A program made the translations under genes and the position numbers. The notes under the pieces were generated by a model. That model saw only the letters and a list, made by a program, of their open reading frames with translations, ran no database searches and was not told the DNA's origin. From Vicinamibacteria bacterium (GTDB taxonomy: Bacteria; Acidobacteriota; Vicinamibacteria; Vicinamibacterales; UBA8438): a stretch of DNA of 32,000 nucleotides. The stretch covers positions 10,330 to 42,329 of the forward strand of contig JAJEFC010000073.1 of NCBI GenBank assembly GCA_022820675.1, in the 5' to 3' direction. Of this stretch, positions 18,601 through 26,027 are shown one piece after another (position 1 is the stretch's first letter; each line of letters starts with the position of its first letter).

Positions 18601-18936
18601 ATGGACGCGGGCGTCCTCGTGGGCGAGCGCACGTGGGGCGGCCTCATCGGCCCCGCCTCGGGACACCAGCTCATCGACGGCGGCTTCTACACGGCCCCGC
18701 CCGGACGGCTCTACCGGAACGACGGCCAGTGGTTCGCGGAGGGCCACGGGGTCGAGCCGGACATCCCGGTGACGGACCACCCGGGCGAGCTCGCCAAGGG
18801 GAACGACCCGCAACTCGACGCCGCGGTTGCGGAGCTCATGCGCCGCATCCGGGAGGATCCCCCGGCTCTGCCTGCGCCGCCCGCTGACGAGCGGCGGGTC
18901 GTCACCGACTCTAACGGCGAGAACGGGGACCGTTAG
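15610..18936 (+). CDS. Tricorn-type protease homologue (PD40/beta-propeller repeats, PDZ and S41 peptidase domain), secreted
   Basis: The start is ATG 15610, an internal start of the track ORF. A signal peptide is present. The N-terminus is LRHPDVSETQIAFVYAGDIWVV...FPRFSPDGKQIAFSG. The S41 region is IGYVYVPN...GLIIDERWNGGGQ and NGQAGSGGDAF. The gene ends in TAG. Confidence 0.9.
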   Translation: MRYFTATLTLLVSLAATPVLAQIDARMLRHPDVSETQIAFVYAGDIWVVAKEGGSARKLSSPPGEESFPRFSPDGKQIAFSGNYHGNTDVYVVPTLGGAPFRITHHPGGDRVLDWTPDGRGVLLASNRRSGLAAFRQIYRVAVEGGQPERLAVPYGEFGTLSPDGRRIAYTPETRGFRTWKRYRGGAAPEIWLLDLETLDAENVSDSPANDAQPMWHDDTLYFLSDRGPAQRYNIWAHDLTTGAKRQVTTFTDFDITFPAIGPSDLVFQAGGRLFRMDLATERVAEVAVDVVTDLAALVPRTADVASRITSAGISPTGQRAVFEARGEIFTVPARHGAVRNLTHSSGAADRFPAWSPDGRWIASWSDSGGEYELTLHRADGTGEPQVVTALGPGFRYRPFWAPDSTRLAFIDHTQRIHVFDRETEALTEVDRGLHMLHNALAGFELSWSHDSRWLAWSRGLETTNSAIFLFDTEAGERFQVTSGYYNDFRPVFDPAGKHLYYYSNRTLAPVYSDLDATWVYPNATNIVAATLRDDVPSPLAPRNDEEPVAEDDDEDEPGEGEPGEEAAGEADDSGPESDEDDAGPAPLDIDVDGFEGRAVMLPVEAGNFGRLRAVDGKVVFHRRPHAGGAGDQPSPIVAWDLEEREEQTILPDGDSFEISADGRKLLVSNERAWAIVDVAPGQTLENRLATNALTMTLDPPAEWRQMFDEVWRTYRDYFYDDDLHGLDWHGLRAQYGGLVDQAVTRWDVNFLIGELIGEVNASHTYVGGGDTETPRRRGVGLLGVDWSLENGAYRIARIVRGAAWDIEDRSPLDEPGVDVDEGDYVLAVNGNPLDPARDPYSAFEGLAGETVLLTVNDRPTTDGAREVVVTTLTNEATLRMRNWIEQNRLRVDEASGGRIGYVYVPNTAVPGQTELVRQFNHQHARDGLIIDERWNGGGQLPDRFVELMNRETVGHIYFRHGATARHPTITHRGHKAMLINGQAGSGGDAFPWFFREMDAGVLVGERTWGGLIGPASGHQLIDGGFYTAPPGRLYRNDGQWFAEGHGVEPDIPVTDHPGELAKGNDPQLDAAVAELMRRIREDPPALPAPPADERRVVTDSNGENGDR

Positions 18937-19347
18937 CTGGACGCGGGTCCACCTGCGCAGGTTGGGGCGGATCACCTCGCGCCGGGAAATACGCGTGTCG
19001 TTGATCGAGCAGGGATCGCTGGATCCCCCTCGGTCCCTGCCCGGCCCGCGTGGCTTGTCTTGTCCGGCCGCGCGAGTGCTCTACAGTACCCGTGCGCCCT
19101 CCAAGGTCCCCGGCACGTTGACGTCAACGCACCTCTGCGCCGCCCCGGCGTGGGCAATTCCTGCACCCGCCGTTCTCCGCCACCAGCTCGTTCGCATGCA
19201 ACTCGGGCCGTTCCGCGTTGGCCCCGTTCTTGCTCCGTGAAGCACCTCGTCAACGGCCCGCCGGCCCGGGTTGCCCCCGCAACCCGCCGCGCGCCGCACG
19301 CCCCGCACGACGCAGGAGGTGGACTCCGGACGCCGCCAGGAGCGCGA

Positions 19348-20421
19348 ATGCACGACCCCGCCTACAAGCTCTTGTTCTCGCGCCCGCGCATGGTCCGCGA
19401 CCTGCTCGACGGCTTCGCCGCCCGAAGCTGGAGCGGCCTCCTAGACTTCGAGTCGCTGGCCCCCCTCCCCGCCAGCTTCGTCGGCCGAGAGCTCCAGCAG
19501 CGCCACGGCGACCTCATCTGGCGCGTCCGCTTCCGCGGCGACCGATGGCTCTACCTGGTCCTGCTCCTCGAGTTCCAGTCCACCGTCGACCCGGCGATGG
19601 CGGTCCGCATCCTGGAGTACACCGCCCTGCTCTACCGGCGGCTGGTCGACCACGACGTGCTCCGAGAACACGGGGCCCTGACGCCGGTGCTGCCGGTCGT
19701 CCTCTACAACGGCCGACGGCGGTGGACGGCGCCGGTCGACGTGACGAGCCTGCTGGCGGCTGAGAGCGACACTCTGGCGCGGTACCAGCCGTCGCAGCGA
19801 TACTATGTCCTGGACGTGGCGCGCGCGGCGGACGCCGACCTGCCGGCGGGCAACCTGGTGTCGGCGCTCATCGGTCTGGAGAAGACGCGCGACGCGACGG
19901 GCCTGCGCGGGGCGCTGAAGGCGCTGTTCGACCTTCTGCGGCAACAGAAGGACGGCGCGTTGACGCGGGCGTTCCTGACGTGGCTGCGCCACGGGTTGCG
20001 GCATGCGGGCCGGCTGCCGGCAGACGGGGACCATCCGTTGGCGCAGTTGCGGGAGACGCAGACGATGCTGGAAGAGACCGTGCGGGAATGGACGCAGGAA
20101 TGGCTCGAGCAGGGCCGTGCCCAAGGCATGGAGAAGGGCATCGAGCAGGGCCGCGCCCAAGGCATCGAGCAGGGTCGCGCCCAAGGCATCGAGCAGGGCC
20201 GTGCCCAAGGCATCGAGCAGGGCCGCAGCGAAGAGCGGGCGCTGCTCTGCCGCCAAGCAGCCCGGAAGTTCGATACCGGGACCGCCGAGGGACTGGCCGC
20301 CGCCCTGGCCGGCGTCACCGACCCGGACCGCCTTGCGCGCGTCGGCGACTGGATCATCGAGTGCGCGACGGCGTCGGACCTGCTGGACCTAGTCCACGGC
20401 GAAAACGGGTCGGTAGGCTGA
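19348..20421 (+). CDS. Rpn-family recombination-promoting nuclease/putative transposase (PD-(D/E)XK N-domain, DUF4351-like C-domain), full-length copy A
   Basis: AGGAG lies 5 nt before ATG 19348. The motifs are DLIWRVRF...LYLVLLLEFQS (the D...E.Q nuclease motif), ...LPVVLYNG and a GIEQGRAQ repeat block. The C-terminus is LLCRQAARKFD...LARVGDWIIECATASDLL. Confidence 0.85.
   Translation: MHDPAYKLLFSRPRMVRDLLDGFAARSWSGLLDFESLAPLPASFVGRELQQRHGDLIWRVRFRGDRWLYLVLLLEFQSTVDPAMAVRILEYTALLYRRLVDHDVLREHGALTPVLPVVLYNGRRRWTAPVDVTSLLAAESDTLARYQPSQRYYVLDVARAADADLPAGNLVSALIGLEKTRDATGLRGALKALFDLLRQQKDGALTRAFLTWLRHGLRHAGRLPADGDHPLAQLRETQTMLEETVREWTQEWLEQGRAQGMEKGIEQGRAQGIEQGRAQGIEQGRAQGIEQGRSEERALLCRQAARKFDTGTAEGLAAALAGVTDPDRLARVGDWIIECATASDLLDLVHGENGSVG
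20104..20232. repeat. In-frame 24-bp tandem repeat (ggcatcgagcagggccgcgcccaa; GIEQGRAQ) within Rpn copy A
   Basis: Four near-perfect 24-bp units lie at 20137-20232, with degenerate units upstream. The paralogue has a shorter array at about 23391-23483. Confidence 0.85.
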
Positions 20422-20600
20422 GACGCCGACGCGGCGGAGCCCGGCGGCTGCGCGGCATTGACCTCGAACGCGATCGGATCGCGCACTGAGCGCCCCTGCC
20501 GACAGTCCCGACAGCTCTCCGGCCGCTTCCGAGCCGGCGGCGAGAGACGGCCGCTCATGTTTCCGCACCTCGACCGCTATTGGAAGGAGGGAGGGCACTC

Positions 20601-20861
20601 ATGCGCGAGCGAAGCATCGGGATTCAGGAACTCCAGGCGAACCTGAGCCGTTGCCTCGACGAGGTTCGGCGCGGCACGACTCTTCTCCTGACGGACGGCG
20701 AGCGTCGGGTGGCTCGCCTCATCCCGGAGCCGGACACCAGCGCCTTGCGGGGCGGACTTCCCATCGCCTGGAGCGGACGTCGGTTGAAGGAGACCAAGCC
20801 GAGGGCCCGGCTGCGCGGCGGAGGCAGCATGGCTGACATCGTCAGGGAGAACCGCCGGTGA
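20601..20861 (+). CDS. Type II antitoxin, Phd/YefM-like (VapB-position partner of the PIN toxin)
   Basis: The RBS GGAAGGAGGGAGGG precedes ATG 20601. The N-terminus IGIQELQANLSRCLDEVRRGTTLLLTDGERRVARLIP fits the Phd/YefM N-terminal pattern. It overlaps the next gene by 4 nt (GTGA). Confidence 0.75.
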   Translation: MRERSIGIQELQANLSRCLDEVRRGTTLLLTDGERRVARLIPEPDTSALRGGLPIAWSGRRLKETKPRARLRGGGSMADIVRENRR

Positions 20862-21298
20862 CGCTGCTCTACCTGGACACGAGCGCCCTGTTCAAGCGCT
20901 ACGTCGAGGAGGCCGAGTCGGAGGCGCTGCTCGACCGGATCGAAGACGCCCCGGCCGTGGGCACCGCCTTGATCACGCGGGTCGAGGTGGCTGCGGCGCT
21001 GGCGAAGGCGGTGCGTGATGATCGTATGCCGTCCTCGGAAGCGCGCGAGGCCGAGAGCGATTTCCTCGGCGACTGGGCCGACTTCACCAGAATCGGATTG
21101 ACGGACGATGTGGCGGGGCGCGCAGGTCGCCTCGCGTGGAAGCACGACCTGCGAGGCTACGACGCCGCGCAGTTGGCGGCCGCACTCGCATGGCGCGATG
21201 CGACCGAAGACGCGGAGGACCAGGTCGTGTTCGCTTGCTTCGACAACGATCTGCGCCGGGCGGCTGCGGCGGAAGGCCTCGAGACGTGGCCGGCATGA
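20858..21298 (+). CDS. vapC: PIN-domain toxin (VapC family)
   Basis: The GTG start overlaps the antitoxin stop. The sequence LYLDTSALFKRY...TRVEVAAAL...YDAAQLAAAL...FDNDL carries the PIN acidic residues (D, E, D, D) in the usual order. Confidence 0.85.
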   Translation: MTLLYLDTSALFKRYVEEAESEALLDRIEDAPAVGTALITRVEVAAALAKAVRDDRMPSSEAREAESDFLGDWADFTRIGLTDDVAGRAGRLAWKHDLRGYDAAQLAAALAWRDATEDAEDQVVFACFDNDLRRAAAAEGLETWPA

Positions 21299-21451
21299 AC
21301 GCTGCCGATGTGTGGGTGCCGGGCGGTTACATGCCGTTGTCGCTGCCCCGCCCGGCGGGACGTGTCGCGCTGTCTGGGCCGGGCCGATCACTCAGCTCGA
21401 TGCCTGCCGTCGTGAATGTGGCCGTCGTCCGCAGTATCCGCCTGGCCGACC

Positions 21452-22498
21452 TCAGAACGTGGCAATGGGGTTGATCGGCGACCCGGTGCCGCGCGTGGGC
21501 AGCGGCGCCGCCGTCAGCAGGAACTCGTAGCGGTTCAGCGAGGCGGCCACCTCGCCCACGGCCTCGAGGTCCAGATTGTCGAACAGCGGCATTCCCAGGT
21601 AGATGAGCGCGAACCGGTGGAGCGGCCGGGGACCGAGGTCGTCCGCCGCCGTGACGGCCGGGTCCGCGTCGGCCGGCGCCATGTCCTGGGCCGCCTCGCC
21701 GCCCAGTATCGCGATGTCGCGCTCGCTGAGCCACGGGATGACCGACGCGTGCAGTCCGGCCGCCGCGCTGGCCACGTCCCAGGGGCCGACCTCGGCACGC
21801 CGGGCCCAGCGGCCGGTGCGGATGACCACCACGTCGCCGGCGGAGACGGTCACGCCCGTCGCCGCCTCCCAGGCCTCGATGTCCTCGACGTGGATCGGCG
21901 TGCCCGGCTCCAGGTACGGCACGTTGCGGAACCGCGCCATGTCGATCAGCACGCCCCGCGTGACGATGCCCGACTTGGCGTTGTGCACGGTGTTCCTGGC
22001 GTGGCCGCCGCGGGCCGCGACCTCGGCGGGGTCGGGCCGGTAGTCGTTGTAGGTCACGCCGTCGCCGATGAAGTTGTGGTTCAGGAAGTCGAGGTGGGTG
22101 TGGATGAACCCGTGGTACGCGATCCGGATCTCGTCGGCGGTGATCCCGAGCGGGGTGACCTGATACGGCCGCGGGCCGTCGATCGTCGCCTCGGTCTCGG
22201 CGTCGCGCGCGAGCGAGACGGAGATGCCCTCCCGCACGAGGGTGGCCGCCTGCCTGCGCTTCTCCGGCGTGATGAGGTTCAGGGTGCCCCTCTCGTCGTC
22301 GGCGCCCCACCGGCCCCAGTTCGACAGCTCCTGCTTCCACCGCTCGACATCCGCCTGCGTGACCCGCTGGCCGCCGGCTGATGCCGAGCCCGGCTGGAAG
22401 CCCAGGGAGCGGACGGTCTGCCCGAGCAACGGCACCGCGACGACGCCCGCCAGCGCGACGACGGCAGCCAGACTCGATCGTCTCTTGGTCGTTCCCAT
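21452..22498 (-). CDS. Cyclase-family protein (kynurenine formamidase-like fold), secreted
   Basis: GGGAGGG lies 4 nt before ATG 22498 and a signal peptide is present. The motifs are NWGRWGADDERGTLN, the His cluster HGFIHTHLD and VVIRTGRW. Confidence 0.85.
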   Translation of the reverse strand: MGTTKRRSSLAAVVALAGVVAVPLLGQTVRSLGFQPGSASAGGQRVTQADVERWKQELSNWGRWGADDERGTLNLITPEKRRQAATLVREGISVSLARDAETEATIDGPRPYQVTPLGITADEIRIAYHGFIHTHLDFLNHNFIGDGVTYNDYRPDPAEVAARGGHARNTVHNAKSGIVTRGVLIDMARFRNVPYLEPGTPIHVEDIEAWEAATGVTVSAGDVVVIRTGRWARRAEVGPWDVASAAAGLHASVIPWLSERDIAILGGEAAQDMAPADADPAVTAADDLGPRPLHRFALIYLGMPLFDNLDLEAVGEVAASLNRYEFLLTAAPLPTRGTGSPINPIATF

Positions 22499-22670
22499 TG
22501 ATCCCTCCCTGGTGCCGCTCCGTGGTCATCGCGGCTCCGCGACCCGGAGCCCGAGACGTTCCTCCGCCGATCGGATCGGGCCATCGAAAGGTTCCCGGTC
22601 CCGCGTGCCTCACTCCGCGAGGCACGGCCTGATGATAGTCCGTCCGCCGGTTCGCTCAGCGCGTCGTCAG

Positions 22671-22750
22671 CATCGACCAGCGCAGTGCGGGCGCGAACGC
22701 ACAGCGGGCCAGGACCGCCAGACGTGCTCGTTCCTCGCCATCCACGCCAG
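22671..22750. repeat. About 80-bp unit (copy 1) bordering the truncated Rpn copy; second copy at 23746-23825
   Basis: c(a/g)tcga(c/g)cagcgc(a/g)gtgcgggcgcgaac...caggaccgcc(a/g)gac(g/a)tgctcg(t/c)tcctcgccatccacgccag. On the minus strand the unit carries an RBS plus the first ~20 codons of a gene (MSGGPDLLQVRARTALLDA). In this copy the ATG is ACG. Confidence 0.8.
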
Positions 22751-22751
22751 C

Positions 22752-23672
22752 ATGCCCGCCAGCTTCGTCGGCCGAGAACTGCAGCAGCGCCACGGCGACC
22801 TCATCTGGCGCGTCCGCTTCCGCGACGACCGCTGGCTCTACCTGGTCCTGCTCCTCGAGTTCCAGTCCACCGTCGACCCGGCGATGGCGGTGCGCATCCT
22901 GGAGTACACCGCGCTGCTCTACCGGCGGCTGGTCGACCACGACGTGCTCCGAGAACACGGGGCCCTGCCGCCGGTGCTGCCGGTCGTCCTCTACAACGGC
23001 CGGCGGCGGTGGACGGCGCCGGTCGAGGTGACCAACCTGCTGGCGGTGGGGCGCGACGTGCTGGCGCCGTACCAGCCGTCGCAGCGATACCATGTTCTGG
23101 ACGTGGCGCGCGCGGCGGACGCCGACCTGCCGGCGGGCAACTTGGTCTCTGCGCTCATCGGCCTGGAGAAAACGCGCGACGCGGCGGGCCTGCGCGGTGC
23201 GCTGAAGGCGCTGTTCGACCTTCTGCGGCAACAGAAGGACGGCGCGTTGACGCGGGCGTTCATGACGTGGCTGCGCCACGGGCTGCGGCATGCGGGCCGG
23301 CTGCCGGCAGACGGGGAGGACCCGTTGGCGCAGTTGCAGGAGACGCAGACGATGCTGGAAGAGACCGTGCGGGAATGGACGCGGGAATGGCTCGAGCAGG
23401 GCCGCGCCCAAGGCATCGAGCAGGGCCGCGCCCAAGGCATCGAGCAGGGGCGCGTCCAGGGCATCGAGCAGGCCCGCCACGAAGAGCGGGCGCTGCTCTG
23501 CCGTCTGGCGGCCCGGAAGTTCGATGACGGGGCCGCCGAGAGACTGGCCGCCGCCCTGGCCGGCGTCACCGACCCGGACCGCCTTGCGCGCGTCGGGGAC
23601 TGGATCATCGAGTGCGCGACGGCGTCGGACCTGCTGGCCCGCGTCCGCGGCGACAACGGGCCGGGTGGCTGA
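22752..23672 (+). pseudogene. Rpn-family nuclease/putative transposase, 5'-truncated copy B (lacks about 45 N-terminal codons)
   Basis: It is near-identical to copy A from PASFVGRELQQRHGDLIWRVRF onward. Homology starts abruptly at 22755. There is no SD before the fortuitous ATG 22752. The D...EFQ motif is retained. Confidence 0.75.
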
Positions 23673-23745
23673 GACGCCGACGCGGCGGGGACCCGGCGGC
23701 GGCGCGGCATTGACCTCGAACGCGATCGGATCACCGCGGCCGCGG

Positions 23746-23825
23746 CGTCGAGCAGCGCGGTGCGGGCGCGAACCTGCAGCAGGTCAGGACCGCCGGACAT
23801 GCTCGCTCCTCGCCATCCACGCCAG
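23746..23825. repeat. About 80-bp unit (copy 2), with an intact minus-strand RBS and ATG (23798-23800) of a gene fragment truncated after ~22 codons
   Basis: See 22671-22750. The minus strand reads GAGGAGcgagcATG TCC GGC GGT CCT GAC CTG CTG..., then runs into the 3' tail shared by both rpn copies. Confidence 0.8.
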
Positions 23826-23847
23826 TGGAGCGGCCGGCGGCGGGTGC

Positions 23848-24231
23848 TCAGCAGACGACCAACTGCGGAATCCACCGGAAGTGGCGGTCGCCGGTGCAGA
23901 GCACCAGGTCGTGGTGGACCGCGAGGGCGGCGATCCAGAGGTCGTTCGTCGGTATCGGGCGGCCGTCGCGGCGAAGCTGCCGGTGCAACCGTGCGTAGTG
24001 GTGGGTCGTCTGTTCGTCGGGCGCGAGCACCGACACGCGGGGGCTGGCGAGGAACCGTTGCAGGTTGGCGGCGTTCGCCGATTCCCGGTTGCCGGCCGCG
24101 AATCCGGCCCGCAACTCGGCCAGCACGATGAGCGGCAGGACGATGGCCGGCACGGTTCGAACGAGCTCGACCCGTTCGGCGACTCCGCGCATGAAGTCGC
24201 TGTAGGCGTTCGTGTCGAGGGCGACGGTCAT
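23848..24231 (-). CDS. vapC: PIN-domain toxin (VapC family), second TA locus
   Basis: This is an internal ATG of track ORF 23848-24567. The sequence is MTVALDTNAYSDFMRG...LIVLAELRAGF...TNDLWIAALAVHHDLVLCTGDRHF. It overlaps the upstream antitoxin by 4 nt. Confidence 0.85.
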   Translation of the reverse strand: MTVALDTNAYSDFMRGVAERVELVRTVPAIVLPLIVLAELRAGFAAGNRESANAANLQRFLASPRVSVLAPDEQTTHHYARLHRQLRRDGRPIPTNDLWIAALAVHHDLVLCTGDRHFRWIPQLVVC

Positions 24232-24467
24232 GTCCACGACTCGTCGTCGATGCGCTCGAACTCGGCGACGGCGCTGTCGAAGTCCGGGTCTTCCTCCCAG
24301 GTGCCGGCCAGATGGTCGAGGTCGGTGTGCCTGGCGGTGGCGTCGAGGGCCAGCCCGCGGGCCAGCGCGTCGATGACGACCGCGTTGAGGCTCTTCGATT
24401 CCCGCTTGGCCCGCTGCCGAAGGGCGCGGTCGATCGCGTCCGGAACGGCTCGAATGGTGTACTGCAT
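24228..24467 (-). CDS. vapB: Ribbon-helix-helix antitoxin (VapB/FitA-like)
   Basis: MQYTIRAVPDAIDRALRQRAKRESKSLNAVVIDALARGL has the typical RHH N-terminus. The start is ATG 24465-24467, and the CDS is 79 aa. Confidence 0.8.
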   Translation of the reverse strand: MQYTIRAVPDAIDRALRQRAKRESKSLNAVVIDALARGLALDATARHTDLDHLAGTWEEDPDFDSAVAEFERIDDESWT

Positions 24468-24497
24468 GACGTGTATGCAGGCATGGTAACACCCCGG

Positions 24498-24671
24498 CGC
24501 AGGCATGGGAGCAGGCACACGTGCCCCGGCGCGGACCAGACGGGTGCCCCGTTGCGGTTCGCCGCACAGAACGCGCTCGTGCTCGAGCGCGGCGTGCTGT
24601 CGATCACGCCCGACGGCCGCTACGACATGGCGATCCCGTCGATGGCCCGGTGGCTGGCAGGCGAACGGTGA
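24498..24671 (+). pseudogene. 3' remnant of a paralogue of the downstream P-loop NTPase gene
   Basis: It reads ...CPGADQTGAPLRFAAQNALVLERGVLSITPDGRYDMAIPSMARWLAGER*. This is nearly identical to the C-terminus of 24668-25879 (FAAALVERGVLSITPDGRYDVAIPSMARWLAAGTR*). Its TGA overlaps the GTG start of the intact gene (GTGA). Confidence 0.6.
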
Positions 24672-25879
24672 GCACCGACGCCGGGACGCGGTGGCATCGC
24701 GCGTATACTCGCCCCGTGGGCTTCGATTCCGAGTTGGCGCGAGCGCTTCTGGAGGAAGTCGACCGCGACACGGCCGCGTTCTTCGCCGGCCGTCGCGCGG
24801 AGATCCAGCGGTTCGACGAGGCGCTTCGCACGGTGGAGCGCCGCTTCGAGGGCAACGAGCGCGCCCTGTTCCTCGTCTACCAGGGCGCGCCGGGCTGCGG
24901 CAAGACCTCGCTGGTCTCCCATCTGCGGAAAGCCCGCCCGGAGGAGATCGGGCTGCTCGTCAACGTCCAGCCTTCGGATTTGGCGAGCGTCTCCGCGCTG
25001 ACCGAGCAGGTGCGCCGCACGGCGGAGGATGCCGGTCCGGCGGGCAGCCGGGTGGCGGCCCGTTTCGCGCAGGCGCTGGCCTCCTACCTGCGCATGGGTG
25101 GTTCCGGCGCCGAACTGCGCAGCCTCATGGCGGACCGCACGGCCAGGCGGGCCAAGGTCGTGCTGCATCTGGACGAAGCCCAGGTCATCGACGAGTCGGC
25201 CAAGGCGGGCCTCTTGATGCTGCACACGCGGGGCCTCGGCGCGCCGTGCGTCTTCCTGTTCACGGGCCTGAGCCACACGGCGCAGCGGATCGACACCGTC
25301 AGGGGCGGGTCGCAGGCCGGGGAGAACACCGTCTTCAACATGGGCGCGATGGCCGCCGAGGAGTGCGCCGAGTCGACCGCGATGATGCTCGCCGCGCTCG
25401 GCGCGGGTGGCGGCGACGCGGAGAAGGACCGGGCGGCGGGGCTGGCCGCGGAGCTGTCGTACGGCTGGCCCCAGCATCTGCACATCGCCCAGACGGCCCT
25501 GTGCCGCGAGCTGCTGCGGACGGACGGGACGCTGCGGGGCATCGACTCGGACCGGGTGCGGACCGAATCGGACCGGCGCCGCCACGATTACTACGCCAAG
25601 AGGCTGTCCGGCTCCGTCCTCGGCCTGCGGCCGTCGTTCACGGCCGCCGTCGTCGCCCGGGTGACGGCGCTGCGGCCGCACGACTGGCTCACGCTGGCCG
25701 ACCTGTGCGAGGACGAGCTGCAACAGTCGGGTCTGGCCGCCAACCCGAACTTCGACGCCACCTCGGGCGAGTTCGCCGCCGCGCTGGTCGAGCGCGGCGT
25801 GCTGTCGATCACGCCCGACGGCCGCTACGACGTGGCGATTCCGTCGATGGCCCGCTGGCTGGCGGCGGGTACGCGTTGA
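24668..25879 (+). CDS. P-loop NTPase (AAA_16/Arch_ATPase-like, STAND-like) with a C-terminal winged-helix-like tail
   Basis: The start is GTG 24668, internal to the track ORF. The motifs are FAGRRAEIQRFDEAL, Walker A GAPGCGKTS and Walker B VVLHLDEAQ. Confidence 0.75.
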   Translation: MSTDAGTRWHRAYTRPVGFDSELARALLEEVDRDTAAFFAGRRAEIQRFDEALRTVERRFEGNERALFLVYQGAPGCGKTSLVSHLRKARPEEIGLLVNVQPSDLASVSALTEQVRRTAEDAGPAGSRVAARFAQALASYLRMGGSGAELRSLMADRTARRAKVVLHLDEAQVIDESAKAGLLMLHTRGLGAPCVFLFTGLSHTAQRIDTVRGGSQAGENTVFNMGAMAAEECAESTAMMLAALGAGGGDAEKDRAAGLAAELSYGWPQHLHIAQTALCRELLRTDGTLRGIDSDRVRTESDRRRHDYYAKRLSGSVLGLRPSFTAAVVARVTALRPHDWLTLADLCEDELQQSGLAANPNFDATSGEFAAALVERGVLSITPDGRYDVAIPSMARWLAAGTR

Positions 25880-25953
25880 CGCGCGGCAGGCCGCCCTTCC
25901 GTTTCGGACCGTGTGCGTCGGAGCCCGGTTGTCAGCTCGCCGATGACACCGCG

Positions 25954-26027
25954 CCGCAGGCATCAGCGCAGGCAGGCGTGCCCCGGCACGGAGCAAACGG
26001 GCGCCCCGTTGCGGTTCGCCGCGCAGA
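25954..26027. repeat. Second, shorter copy of the remnant sequence at 24498-24570
   Basis: ccgcaggcat...gcaggca(ggc)gtgccccggc(a)cgga(g)ca(a)acggg(c)gccccgttgcggttcgccgc(g)caga encodes CPGTEQTGAPLRFAAQ, and homology then ends. Confidence 0.75.

Noticed and set aside
24477-24520. Repeated gcaggcatgg / gcaggca motifs upstream of vapB as a possible antitoxin operator.
   Set aside because: The same sequence block recurs at 25954-25980 as part of the NTPase-paralogue remnant. The repetition is therefore inherited from that remnant rather than being a vapB-specific operator, although it may still overlap the promoter.
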